Part shown: positions 1-10,006 of the stretch, piece after piece | How the letters are laid out: each line of letters opens with the position of its first letter | How positions within the stretch are numbered: the first letter of the stretch is position 1 | Origin: an uncultured archaeon | Lineage (GTDB): Archaea > Asgardarchaeota > Lokiarchaeia > Sigyniarchaeales > SOKP01 | Direction: 5' to 3' | Length of the DNA stretch: 64,000 nucleotides | Assembly (NCBI GenBank): GCA_964632315.1 | Contig: CAZWEM010000007.1 | Span: 48,571-112,570 of the forward strand | Made by a program: the position numbers and the translations under genes | Notes under the pieces: model-generated | The model's input: the letters and a program-made list of their open reading frames with translations, nothing else | Database searches by the model: none | What the model was told of the DNA's origin: nothing

Positions 1-2
1 CG

Positions 3-155
3 ATCACTAAAGGTGGGGAAAGATTTTGGCAAAAACATGTTCCCGGTGCTAAAGGACAGAACCATACAACTATTAAAGGTGCGGGGCATTTCCTTCAAGA
101 AGATAAAGGAGAAGAACTCGCTCAGGTAATAATAGAATTTATTACAAAAAACTGA
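3..155 (+). CDS. 3' end of haloalkane dehalogenase-like alpha/beta hydrolase (partial, runs off the window start)
   Basis: Manual translation ITKGGERFWQKHVPGAKGQNHTTIKGAGHFLQEDKGEELAQVIIEFITKN*; the AGHFLQED motif carries the catalytic His. Confidence 0.8.
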   Translation: MTKGGERFWQKHVPGAKGQNHTTIKGAGHFLQEDKGEELAQVIIEFITKN

Positions 156-205
156 TTTTTTCTTTATTTTTTATTACAGATAATAATATCTGAACCGAAA
201 GAAAT

Positions 206-727
206 TCAAATATAACGACTTCTTAAAATTCCAATAACGGACATATTAACTATAGCTATAATGTGCACTAAAATTAAAAGAATCAAAATTTGCATAAAAA
301 TTGAAGGATTGGTAGCGATTGTTACTGGGATTGAAATTCCCATACTCACCCAACAAAGATAAGATACAATATAGATGTTCCACAAATTTCTTCTAAATCT
401 TGACATTTTTATTGATTGATCTGTCTTTGTAAGAAGAACTAATGCTGCTCTTCCAATATCAGAAAAAGTATATTTAGATTTTTTTTGAATTAAGAATTAT
501 CGCATAGTTTTAAGATGATAAGAAAGTGTAGGACTATCTATTTCTAATTTCTTTTGAATTTGTGAGAAGGTAAGGTCACGTTCTCCCAATACTTTTATAA
601 TATTTCGACGAGTTTGATGTGTTAATAATTTAAAAATTTCATCTTCCTTTGTAATAGGGATTTCTTCTTGGTGAGTTTTATTTTGATTCATTATGATTAA
701 TAATTTGAATTTATTACTTATATACAT
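206..727 (-). pseudogene. ArsR-type winged-helix regulator with C-terminal TM helices, interrupted by an in-frame TAA at 499-497
   Basis: ORFs 497..727 and 206..406 are in the same frame. Read-through gives SYHLKTMR*FLIQKKSKYTFSDIGRAALVLLTKTD, colinear with the intact paralog 2910..3431 (SYHLKSMKELLTQRDSKYTFSDIGRAALVLLTKTD). Confidence 0.8.
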
Positions 728-1084
728 TAATATCGATTTTGGATTACTAAATTCATTTAATTAAATTGGTCTATTTGTAGGGATTTAAATGGTTTACTCA
801 AATTTGGAGGAATAAGTTTACAGAATTAACCCAAAAGCTTTAATCAATATCTCCTTTATCTTATAAAAGAAAATCATAAAATAATTTTAAGATTGAAGCA
901 TTTGCTACAACTAAGTAAGCGAATTAATTAGAAAAATTTTCGATAGTAAACACTTCTTTACTACTTTTTAATGGTCAAAGTTTCTATACTAAAGGCTCCT
1001 ACACTCGCTATCTTATATATTTTGGATTTCTTACTAAAATTAAGCAAATTAAGCTTTAAAAAATAAAAAAAAAGGAGTGTATGA

Positions 1085-1903
1085 ATGTTAAAAATAAAAA
1101 AGATGAATTTAGTAGATAGTAAAAATGTCCATGAGCCTTATAATAGCAATGCAATTGAAGTTTTAAATTTAAGAAAAATATACAGGAATAAGAAAACTAT
1201 AGAAGAAGTTAAAGCTGTAAATGGTGTATCATTTTCGGTAAAACAAGGAGAAATTTTTGGTTTATTAGGACCAAATGGGGCGGGGAAAACCACTACAATA
1301 AACATATTATGTGGATTAATATCTCCAACTGAAGGTGATGCTTATGTGGAAGGACATAATGTAAAAAAGGATCTAAAAAAGATAAGGGAATTAATCGGTG
1401 TATGTCCACAACAAGCAGCTGTTTATCAATACCTTAATGCTAAAGAAAATATTGAACTTTTTGGTAAATTGCATCTCGTAGAAAAAGAAGATATAAACAA
1501 AAGAATGAACGAGCTGCTTAATTTATTGGGGTTATCTGAAGCAAGCAAGAGAAAAGCCAAACATTATAGTGGTGGAATGATTAGGCAATTAAATCTCATC
1601 ATGGCGTTGATAAATGATCCCCCAATCTTATTTTTAGATGAACCGACGATTGGAATGGATCCTCGAGTTAGGCGAAAAACCTGGAATTTTATAAATTCTT
1701 TAAAACAAACTAATAAAACGGTTATTTTGACGACCCATTACATTGAAGAAGCCGAATCACTATGCGATAGAGTTGCAATTATAGACTACGGTAAGCTAAT
1801 AGCGATAGGAACCCCAAGAGAATTGATTGAGAAATATAATTCTGAGGATCTGGAAGAGGTGTTTTTGAATATTACAGGAAGAAGAATATTGGAGGGATTT
1901 TAA
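1085..1903 (+). CDS. ABC-2 type exporter ATP-binding subunit
   Basis: Walker A GPNGAGKT, signature YSGGM, Walker B LFLDEPT, H-loop TTHY. Confidence 0.95.
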   Translation: MLKIKKMNLVDSKNVHEPYNSNAIEVLNLRKIYRNKKTIEEVKAVNGVSFSVKQGEIFGLLGPNGAGKTTTINILCGLISPTEGDAYVEGHNVKKDLKKIRELIGVCPQQAAVYQYLNAKENIELFGKLHLVEKEDINKRMNELLNLLGLSEASKRKAKHYSGGMIRQLNLIMALINDPPILFLDEPTIGMDPRVRRKTWNFINSLKQTNKTVILTTHYIEEAESLCDRVAIIDYGKLIAIGTPRELIEKYNSEDLEEVFLNITGRRILEGF

Positions 1904-1905
1904 AG

Positions 1906-2658
1906 ATGAACTTCAAACGAGTATCAGCTTTTATGAATGTGCAATTTAAGAGTTTAATAAGAGTACCATCAGCGTTATGTATGATTCTGTTACTCCCAAT
2001 AGTATTAGCTTTAACATTTGGATTGCTATTTGGATCAATAGTAATAGATGAAACGGGATTAACTGTTTTTGAATTTCTCGTTCCAGGATTGTTTTCAATT
2101 AGTGCCCTCTATATGGCCATGCCTGTTTCATATTCATTTGCAGAAGATCGGGAACAAGGCTTGTTAAAACGGATTAAAACAACGCCGACGACAGCTTTAG
2201 AGTTTATAGGGAGTCATATAATATCAAATATTGGTATGGTAATCATTCAAGTGGCAATAATTGCACTCATCTGTTATTTTTTGGGTTATCATCCCGTTGG
2301 ATCAGCTTTTAACTTAACCTTTGCATTTATTTTTATGATTGTATTTTCCCTCTCTACGATTGGGTTTGGGTTAATCACAGCGACAATCGCTAAAAATGCT
2401 AAAACGGCAGCAGGAATTATTTGGATTTTTATGCTTCCACAACAAATGCTAGCATCGGGCTTGTATCCATTACCCAGTGAAGCTGCAATGATCAGTAAGT
2501 TTATGCCATTATACTATGTAACAGATGCAATAACTAAACTCTTTAATGGTGGTTCTTTAGGTGAACTAACTATCTGGTGGGACTTAGTTGTTCTTACCAT
2601 ATTTAGCGTTGTATTAGTTACTGCTGGAATTTTACTATTTAAAAAATATGGAAAATAA
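1906..2658 (+). CDS. ABC-2 type exporter permease
   Basis: About 6 TM helices, EDREQGLLKRIKTTP motif, 2 nt after the ATPase gene. Confidence 0.9.
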   Translation: MNFKRVSAFMNVQFKSLIRVPSALCMILLLPIVLALTFGLLFGSIVIDETGLTVFEFLVPGLFSISALYMAMPVSYSFAEDREQGLLKRIKTTPTTALEFIGSHIISNIGMVIIQVAIIALICYFLGYHPVGSAFNLTFAFIFMIVFSLSTIGFGLITATIAKNAKTAAGIIWIFMLPQQMLASGLYPLPSEAAMISKFMPLYYVTDAITKLFNGGSLGELTIWWDLVVLTIFSVVLVTAGILLFKKYGK

Positions 2659-2683
2659 TTTTTTTTAATTTTAATTTTTTAAA

Positions 2684-2870
2684 AATATTTAGGAATATAT
2701 AGTCAATTGTTTATATATTGAGAGATGTTAAATATCGAATTTTCCTAATTTATCTCAGAATAAGCAAATCACGATATAAATTGCCTTACTTTTTTGTAAT
2801 CCCCTCTTTGATTTTAGAAATTTGCTTATCCTTGGCCTGTAGACTAGTTCTACAGCATTCCTTATTTTCT
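2684..2870. repeat. Diverged ~190 bp direct repeat, copy 1 (copy 2 at 4368-4556)
   Basis: Shared colinear blocks AATATTTAGGAATATA, TTATATATTGAGAG, AATAAGCAAATCA, CCCCTCTTTGATTT, GTTCTACAG. Confidence 0.85.
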
Positions 2871-2909
2871 ATTGAAGAAATAAACCATATTTAGACAAAA
2901 TTATTAATC

Positions 2910-3431
2910 TTAAGTATAACGACCTCTTAATAATCCAAGTACGATTAAATTTATTGTACAAATCCCATTTATTATGATTTGGATTATTATATTAGAGACT
3001 TGTTTTGGTGAAACGAACCAAAAAGCGAGAGGAGTAAATATTTCTGCCGTTATCCAACAAAATAGAGTTATCAAATATGCATAAAAAAAATTTCTTCTAT
3101 ACCTCGAAATTTTGAAAGAATGATCGGTTTTTGTAAGAAGAACCAATGCCGCTCTTCCAATGTCGGAAAAAGTGTACTTTGAATCTCTTTGAGTTAATAA
3201 TTCTTTCATGCTTTTAAGATGATAGGAGAGGGTTGGACTATCAATTGAACCCAACTCCATCTGAATTTGGCTAAATGTTAAATCTCGTTCTCCTAAAACT
3301 TTTATAATATTTCTCCGAATGGGATGGGTTAACAACTTGAAAATCTCATCTTCTTTGGAACTTTCATCCGTGTTCGGTTTATTTTTTAACATTTGTTTCA
3401 ATATTGTAAGTAATATTTTTTTTGCTTTCAA
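2910..3431 (-). CDS. ArsR-type winged-helix transcriptional regulator with two C-terminal TM helices
   Basis: IFKLLTHPIRRNII...LSYHLK...YTFSDIGR wHTH pattern; hydrophobic C-terminus; start may be downstream of the annotated TTG. Confidence 0.8.
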   Translation of the reverse strand: MKAKKILLTILKQMLKNKPNTDESSKEDEIFKLLTHPIRRNIIKVLGERDLTFSQIQMELGSIDSPTLSYHLKSMKELLTQRDSKYTFSDIGRAALVLLTKTDHSFKISRYRRNFFYAYLITLFCWITAEIFTPLAFWFVSPKQVSNIIIQIIINGICTINLIVLGLLRGRYT

Positions 3432-3451
3432 GATAATATTTATATTCTGTT

Positions 3452-3600
3452 ATATATACATTTTTCTCCTCCCCTTTATTACCAACTGGTATTTCGCTTT
3501 TCTATCAATTTTTTTCAATTATATCTCTTTTAAAGGGTGAAATAATTACATATACTCTATGTGCATCGATACTATTAATACTTAATTTCCAAAAATAATG
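3452..3600 (-). pseudogene. Decayed copy of the 3' end of the 4707..5351 gene
   Basis: Translates FWKLSINSIDAHRVYVIISPFKRDIIEKN**KSEIPVGNKGEEKNVY versus FWILSTDDVDAHKVYDIISPLIRDFIEKNGGESEIQVGNKGEEKKVY; constant 1265 nt offset. Confidence 0.85.
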
Positions 3601-3696
3601 GATTATACTCTTTTGTCAAAAATGGAATTTATACGAATATTGAACTTCCTAAAAGTACAATCTAAGATAAACAATCAACAAATAACTGTACTATCT

Positions 3697-4095
3697 TTAT
3701 TTGGGTTTCCATTGTTGGAAATATTGAAACAATTCTATAAGATTTCCCGAAGGATCTAAAAGAAGGATTTGTTTACCTCCTACTCCGATAACTATATCAT
3801 TGCGAAACTTGCCACCAAGTTTTTTAAGTTCTTCGACTTTTAAATCTAAATCATCAATTTCAATTGATATTCTGTTCCATCCTCCTGGTGATTGCATTGT
3901 ACCATCTGACATTTTCTGTCCTCCCCCACCCTTTTCACTCGGTTTTGTAAGATATAATCTAACACCACTTTGCTTCACAATCGCGAATTCCGGAGCTGGA
4001 TGCATAATTAATTTGAAGTTTAACAGTTTAGTGTAAAATTCGATAGCTGAATCAACATCATTAACAATATAACGAACACTTATATTACTTTCCAA
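3697..4095 (-). CDS. VOC/glyoxalase-bleomycin resistance family protein
   Basis: VRYIVNDVDSAIEFY ... DPSGNLIELFQ. Confidence 0.9.
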   Translation of the reverse strand: MESNISVRYIVNDVDSAIEFYTKLLNFKLIMHPAPEFAIVKQSGVRLYLTKPSEKGGGGQKMSDGTMQSPGGWNRISIEIDDLDLKVEELKKLGGKFRNDIVIGVGGKQILLLDPSGNLIELFQYFQQWKPK

Positions 4096-4367
4096 TGTAG
4101 TACCTCTGTTATTTATTAATTTAATGGTACAGAAATCTATGATAATTGTTGAATATAAAAAAGTTACTATTATTACTTATACTAATTATCTCGATTGTGT
4201 TTCATATTTAAAAGAACACTATTCAGTTTCAATCTCAACGTATTGATTTCTCAATTCATATTTTTGTATAAAAGATTAGTAAATTCCCAAATTAGAAATG
4301 TACAAAATATAATTCAAATTCTTGATTTCTCTTATAATCATTTTTATCGATTTATTCATAGATAAAT

Positions 4368-4556
4368 AATATTTAGGAATATACTGCCAATTGGTTATAT
4401 ATTGAGAGGAGTTAAATATACGAATATCCAAAATTATCTCAAAATAAGCAAATCATAAAAAAGACTGCCTTTCTTTTTTGTAGTCCCCCTCTTTGATTTA
4501 ATATATTTGGTTATGTGAGCTTATATATTTGTTCTACAGTTCTGCTCATTTTCCAT
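4368..4556. repeat. Diverged ~190 bp direct repeat, copy 2 (copy 1 at 2684-2870)
   Basis: Same shared blocks as copy 1, offset about 1684 nt. Confidence 0.85.
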
Positions 4557-4706
4557 AAAAAATAACAATTTTGATTAAGATACTTACTCATATTTGAGTA
4601 TTGATTTAAAGCTTAGGTATTTCTATTTTTTATTACTCCAAATATGATTATATTGATATTAAAATTACATTGATCTTGATTTGGCTTATTAAATATATTT
4701 CTACCG

Positions 4707-5351
4707 CTATTTAACTTTATATACTTTTTTCTCCTCCCCTTTATTGCCAACCTGTATCTCACTTTCCCCTCCATTTTTTTCAATAAAATCTCTTATGAGA
4801 GGTGATATAATGTCATATACTTTATGTGCATCAACATCATCAGTACTTAATATCCAAAAACTAATATGATGGTTTCCCTTGTCATAATCATCTATTTCAC
4901 GAGGATAATACATCAATTCTTCTTCAATTTTATATTCTAGATCTTCAACAAAACAATTCTTCAATTCTTTATTAATTTTCTTTTCTGTTTTCCATGTTAC
5001 TCTAATTATTTCTATATCCATTGGTTCCTCCTCTTCTTTTTCTACACGCTTAAGTTCTTGATCGAACCATTCTCTATACTTTTTAACAGCTTCTTCATAC
5101 TCTGATTCTGAGAACTCGGTAAATATTCCTTTTGTCTTATTTCCTTGAGTTTTACAATATTGTAATTTAGTTTTTTCTTTCATTTTTCCATTTAAAATCA
5201 ATGTTTTAATAGTAGTTCTGAGCTCATCATAACTCGCTATTTCCCGTTGCCTAAAATCAATCCAGGAAATTAGTTGCCACAATTCAATAGGATCTTCTGG
5301 TTTATTATTTTCTAAAACCCAAAGAATATCTTTTTCAAATTTCATAATCAC
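4707..5351 (-). CDS. Hypothetical protein
   Basis: 214 aa ORF; a decayed paralogous fragment at 3452-3600 supports coding status. Confidence 0.65.
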   Translation of the reverse strand: MIMKFEKDILWVLENNKPEDPIELWQLISWIDFRQREIASYDELRTTIKTLILNGKMKEKTKLQYCKTQGNKTKGIFTEFSESEYEEAVKKYREWFDQELKRVEKEEEEPMDIEIIRVTWKTEKKINKELKNCFVEDLEYKIEEELMYYPREIDDYDKGNHHISFWILSTDDVDAHKVYDIISPLIRDFIEKNGGESEIQVGNKGEEKKVYKVK

Positions 5352-5654
5352 TACATTTTCTTCTCTTTTTAATCAGTCGAACTCTTTTCTATTTACTACA
5401 TAAAGTAGTTTTTAGTTTTTACGCCTAAATGTTAATTAGGATATAAAAACAAGAAAATATCTTTAAATCTTATGGTACATAAATAAATGAAGGAAAAACC
5501 CGAGATCGTTGATAAAACCTAAAAATTTATCTTTTTTTAGTAGAGAAAGAATAAATTTAAGTTAATTAGTTACATTAAACATCGTTCTCTATTTGACAAA
5601 AGTTTTATGAAATATTAAAAATTTTTATTTTCAATCATTAAGAAAGGTTTTTTC

Positions 5655-6911
5655 GTGTCATTCTCGAGTAGATCAGTGGATAAAAAGTTAAAATCTAACC
5701 ATAATACTATTCGCGCGTGGCCTTTATTCGTTATTTCATTCATAAGATTGTTTTACTCCTCAATATTCGATAGAGCTTTACTAAATCATCTTTATTTTGC
5801 GATAGGAATTGATGAAAGCACTTTAGGAATTATTTCTTCTGCTGGAGCACTAGCTTACATATTTACACCCTTGATTGGCCAACAAATAACAAAGAAAACG
5901 GGGATTCGTAATGCACTTATAATATCTTGCATTTCCACTCCTATTCTTACTTTTGTTCAAATAATATATTTTGAAATTTGGTATCTGATTTTGATTAGAG
6001 TAATGCTAAGTTTAGCAATCGGTTTGAATTGGCCGAATTGTTTTAATTTATTGAGCAAGTGGCAAGAAGTTAGCAATCCAGAAAAAGCAAGTAGGCATTT
6101 TAACTACTTTAATTTCTCTTGGAATGTTGGTTTTATTGGAGGTCTTCTTACGGGATATTTATGGGCGTTTGTATGGAACGATTATTTTGCGATGGTGATT
6201 TCATTTTTTATCTCGTTCCTATTGATACCTTTCTCTTTCTATTTGCAAGATGTTCCAAGCCAGAAAGCATTATATTTTGTTCCAATGGATGAAATTGTTG
6301 AAAAATTACCACCAGTTACAGAAGACAAAGATCCTAAAGTGGAGACAATGATGATGGCCTTTCCAATATTGTTCTCATGGATAGGTTTGGTCATGATGTC
6401 GATCTCGAAATCAATTGTCATCTTCAGTTATCCAATAATAATTAAAGATATTAATGAGAATCTCTCTGATCTTACATATCTAATACAAGCTGGAATTCAA
6501 ACAGGTCAGGTTCTTGGTATAACTTGGACTAATTCAATGAATCCTTCCCATCGCAAGCTTTCTGTTCCTATAAGTGTGATGGTAATTACATTTTCAATGC
6601 TCCTAATTTTTATTTTCAGACAAGTTGTTTTAATCAGCATAATAAGCATTTCTATGGGATTATTTTTCGGATTGATTCATGGAGTTTCCATGAAAATAAT
6701 GCTTGATTATGGCACAGCAAAAATTACCTCAAAGTATTCAACCATAAACGAAGTAATTATAGGTATGGGTTTTGGTATTACTCCAATAATTGCTGGTTAT
6801 GTCGCTGAAATAAGCATTTATTCAATGTTTTCATTTAATGTTTTGCTTGGAATTCCAATCTTCATTTACTTTATTTTAGTGTCAAAGAAAATAAAGTGGA
6901 GAAATAGTTAA
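5655..6911 (+). CDS. MFS transporter
   Basis: About 12 TM helices with a central hydrophilic loop. Confidence 0.85.
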   Translation: MSFSSRSVDKKLKSNHNTIRAWPLFVISFIRLFYSSIFDRALLNHLYFAIGIDESTLGIISSAGALAYIFTPLIGQQITKKTGIRNALIISCISTPILTFVQIIYFEIWYLILIRVMLSLAIGLNWPNCFNLLSKWQEVSNPEKASRHFNYFNFSWNVGFIGGLLTGYLWAFVWNDYFAMVISFFISFLLIPFSFYLQDVPSQKALYFVPMDEIVEKLPPVTEDKDPKVETMMMAFPILFSWIGLVMMSISKSIVIFSYPIIIKDINENLSDLTYLIQAGIQTGQVLGITWTNSMNPSHRKLSVPISVMVITFSMLLIFIFRQVVLISIISISMGLFFGLIHGVSMKIMLDYGTAKITSKYSTINEVIIGMGFGITPIIAGYVAEISIYSMFSFNVLLGIPIFIYFILVSKKIKWRNS

Positions 6912-7057
6912 AGATGCATCCATGACGTTTAATAGGGTAAAATGAGCTAAATATTACAGTATTTACGTCTCCATAATCTTAAAGGAATGAAATATAACCA
7001 AAAGATTCTTAATTTTAGAAAGAGTTATTAATATAATATAGACAAGAGATAAATTAA

Positions 7058-8278
7058 ATGAATTATCGAGAAATGGGTTCTCTGGGATGGAAGGTATCTG
7101 CTCTTGGATTTGGTGCTATGAGATTACCTGTAGATCCAGAAACTAGAGAAGTAATTGAAGAAGATGCCATAAAAATGATACGTTATGCCATTGATAATGG
7201 TGTAAATTATGTAGACACTGCTTATCCTTATCATGATGGTAAAAGTGAAATTATTGTTGGAAAAGCCCTCCAAGATGGGTATCGAGAAAAAGTAACGCTT
7301 ACAACTAAACTTCCAATGTGGCTTGTTAAAGAAACGAGCGATTTTGATAGATATCTTAGTGAACAAATTGAAAGATTACAATCTACACCAGATATTTATC
7401 TATTTCATGGGTTAAATAAAGGACGACTTGAAAAAATCAAGGAGTTAAACTTAATAGAAAAGATGAAAGACGCACGTGCTAATGGTTTGTTTAAATTTAT
7501 CGGATTCTCGTTTCATGACGGATTGGATATTTTTAAAGAGATCATTGACTATTTTGATTGGGATTGTTGCCAAATTCAATTAAATTATTCGGATGTTAAT
7601 TATCAAGCGGGTTTAAGCGGTTTAGGATATGCAGCTGAAAAAGGAATAGCTGTCATTATTATGGAACCATTACGTGGGGGAAAATTGACCATTCCCGATG
7701 ATAAGCTACCAGATGTACCTGAAATTAAAAATGTGTTGGATAATGCAAAAATTAAAAGGACTATGGCAGACTGGGGTTTGCAATTCCTTTGGAATCGCCC
7801 AGAAGTGTCTGTTGTCTTGAGTGGGATGAGTAATCTACAACAAGTTAAAGAAAATGTTCGATCAGCTAGTAATTCAGGAATTGGCTCGCTAAGTGAAGAA
7901 GAATTGGCAATAATTAAAAATTTACAGAAAGCCTTTAAAAATTACCAGTTAATCCCTTGTACTAGCTGTGGGTATTGTATGCCTTGCCCTAATGGAGTTT
8001 CTATCAAAAATGTCATATATGTATTAAACGAGTTAGCATACTGGGGTGAAAATGGTAGGCAGAGAATTGCTTTCTTTTATGACCGGATGGCAAAATCGCA
8101 AGAAGAACTTGAAAAGAAAATTTCAGAAGGAGAAGAAGCGGATGGATCAGCGGTCTTATGTATTGAATGTGGTGAATGTTTAGATAAATGTCCTCAGCAA
8201 ATTGACATTCCAGAATACATGAAAAAAGCAGTTGCCATCCTTAGCGAGGGTAAAAAAATCTCAGAAGTCCTTATATAG
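7058..8278 (+). CDS. Aldo/keto reductase with C-terminal 4Fe-4S domain
   Basis: LGFGAMRLP, DTAYPY, TKLP; CTSCGYCMPCP and CIECGECLDKCP. Confidence 0.92.
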   Translation: MNYREMGSLGWKVSALGFGAMRLPVDPETREVIEEDAIKMIRYAIDNGVNYVDTAYPYHDGKSEIIVGKALQDGYREKVTLTTKLPMWLVKETSDFDRYLSEQIERLQSTPDIYLFHGLNKGRLEKIKELNLIEKMKDARANGLFKFIGFSFHDGLDIFKEIIDYFDWDCCQIQLNYSDVNYQAGLSGLGYAAEKGIAVIIMEPLRGGKLTIPDDKLPDVPEIKNVLDNAKIKRTMADWGLQFLWNRPEVSVVLSGMSNLQQVKENVRSASNSGIGSLSEEELAIIKNLQKAFKNYQLIPCTSCGYCMPCPNGVSIKNVIYVLNELAYWGENGRQRIAFFYDRMAKSQEELEKKISEGEEADGSAVLCIECGECLDKCPQQIDIPEYMKKAVAILSEGKKISEVLI

Positions 8279-8360
8279 AATTAATTAAACATGTTCGTCC
8301 TAAATTTTAATATCATTATTTTATATAATTAACTCATAATACTAAGAAAGTTTGAGGATT

Positions 8361-8678
8361 ATGTCAAAGGAAGAAATTTTAAACTTAGATAAAATGTTAG
8401 CTTATCAAGAAGGGTCTGTTGTTAGCAGGGCGTTAATTAACAAGAATGAGGGAACGGTTACTCTATTTTCATTTGATAAAAATGAAGGATTGAGCGAGCA
8501 TTCCGCGCCATTCGATGCCTTAGTTTATGTATTCGAGGGAAAAGCAAAAATTACCATCTCTGGAGTAGATTATATTCTAGAAAAAGGTCAAATGATTACG
8601 ATGCCAGCAAATGAACCACATGCATTAAGTGCTATTGAAAAATTCAAAATGATGCTTATAATGATCAAATCTAATTAA
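8361..8678 (+). CDS. Cupin domain protein
   Basis: EGLSEHSAPFDA...MPANEPHAL; ATG at 8361 preferred over TTG at 8352. Confidence 0.88.
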   Translation: MSKEEILNLDKMLAYQEGSVVSRALINKNEGTVTLFSFDKNEGLSEHSAPFDALVYVFEGKAKITISGVDYILEKGQMITMPANEPHALSAIEKFKMMLIMIKSN

Positions 8679-8840
8679 TTCAATAATATAATCATGATTA
8701 TAATGTTCCTAATTGCCTTTAGAATAGTAGGAGCATACTAAAAAAACAATTTTTTTACTTTTTTTAAATTTTTCAGAAAATTTTACCGAGAATGCTTCAA
8801 AAAATTAATTTAAATCGAAAGTCTGCCTTTAATTATCAAG

Positions 8841-9269
8841 ATGAAAATTAATATAGATCCTGATAAGATTTTAAAAGTTTATACTGATGGAGCGGCTCGT
8901 GGAAATCCTGGTCCAGCAGCTTGTGCTTTTATAGTTGTTCAATCTTCTAGAATCCTATTCTCTGATGTAGAATACATCAATCATGCGACAAACAATGTGG
9001 CTGAGTACAAAGCAATAATTAATGCCTTAAATTTTGTTAAAGATACCTTCTCTGGTGAAATAGAAATTAATTCCGACAGTAATCTAGCGATACAGCAAAT
9101 AAACGGTAAATGGAAGATTAATTATCCGCATTTAGCAAAATTACAGAAAGAAGTTTTAACAATAAGTAAAAAATTTAAACAAGTAAGATTTACTCACGTT
9201 CCCAGAGAAAATCGCTTTATCAAAAAATGTGATGATTTATGTAATCATAAACTTGATGAACAATTATAA
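8841..9269 (+). CDS. rnhA: Ribonuclease HI (archaeal/Aquifex type)
   Basis: YTDGAARGNPGPA, TNNVAEY, SDSNL, HVPREN...D catalytic DEDD residues. Confidence 0.93.
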   Translation: MKINIDPDKILKVYTDGAARGNPGPAACAFIVVQSSRILFSDVEYINHATNNVAEYKAIINALNFVKDTFSGEIEINSDSNLAIQQINGKWKINYPHLAKLQKEVLTISKKFKQVRFTHVPRENRFIKKCDDLCNHKLDEQL

Positions 9270-9301
9270 ATTCCTTATTATTCTTTAATTATTAAGAAAG
9301 G

Positions 9302-9922
9302 GTGACAAATATGGTAATTAAATATGGATTTTTTAGAATTCCAATCATATTAGAAAAAGTATATGATACTACCTTAGAATTTTGGAGAAATAAAAATGGG
9401 AACATCATTGAAGAGGGAAATTCAAGTGATGGGGCAATCAAAATTTTGAAAATCCAACGTGGGATGTCTTTGAGTTCAAATGGGGAACATTATGTGATGA
9501 GATTCAAGTTTAATGAGCAGGAAGCAACCACATATGTTGCGATTGAAGTTTCTTTGTCATTTGGATATGGAATTCAATGGTTAACTCCACAAAAGCTTAT
9601 CAAGCAATGGGGTAGACAATTTGATTCCTATAGTTCTTTTAACCTCATACGAAATGGAGACATGAATAAATTCTTTGAATTCAAGAAACCCCCCTCAGTA
9701 GCAATAACAATTAAAAGTACCGAGCCAGAAATCATCTCGAATGCTATAACTCAAAAACAGTTTAAAGAAGAGATAAGTTATATTCAGCCTCAAAAAATTG
9801 GGAAGTACTTTGCGATTCGAAACGCTCCAAAAGTTAAAATAAATTTCTGTACTAATTGTGGTGCTGCAGCAAGCGAAGATCATCGATTCTGCGTAAACTG
9901 TGGACAAAAACTTAGGGAATAG
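9302..9922 (+). CDS. Hypothetical protein with C-terminal zinc ribbon
   Basis: FCTNCG...FCVNCG at the C-terminus. Confidence 0.8.
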   Translation: MTNMVIKYGFFRIPIILEKVYDTTLEFWRNKNGNIIEEGNSSDGAIKILKIQRGMSLSSNGEHYVMRFKFNEQEATTYVAIEVSLSFGYGIQWLTPQKLIKQWGRQFDSYSSFNLIRNGDMNKFFEFKKPPSVAITIKSTEPEIISNAITQKQFKEEISYIQPQKIGKYFAIRNAPKVKINFCTNCGAAASEDHRFCVNCGQKLRE

Positions 9923-10006
9923 ATAAGGATTTTATCTATAGTTGAAAATTAATCTTTATTAAATCTCAAGGCAATATACACTATAATTACTTACTATTCG
10001 ATTTTT

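Noticed and set aside
2684-4556. Repeats as IS or MITE ends
   Set aside because: They are direct and diverged, with no terminal inverted repeats, target duplications or transposase
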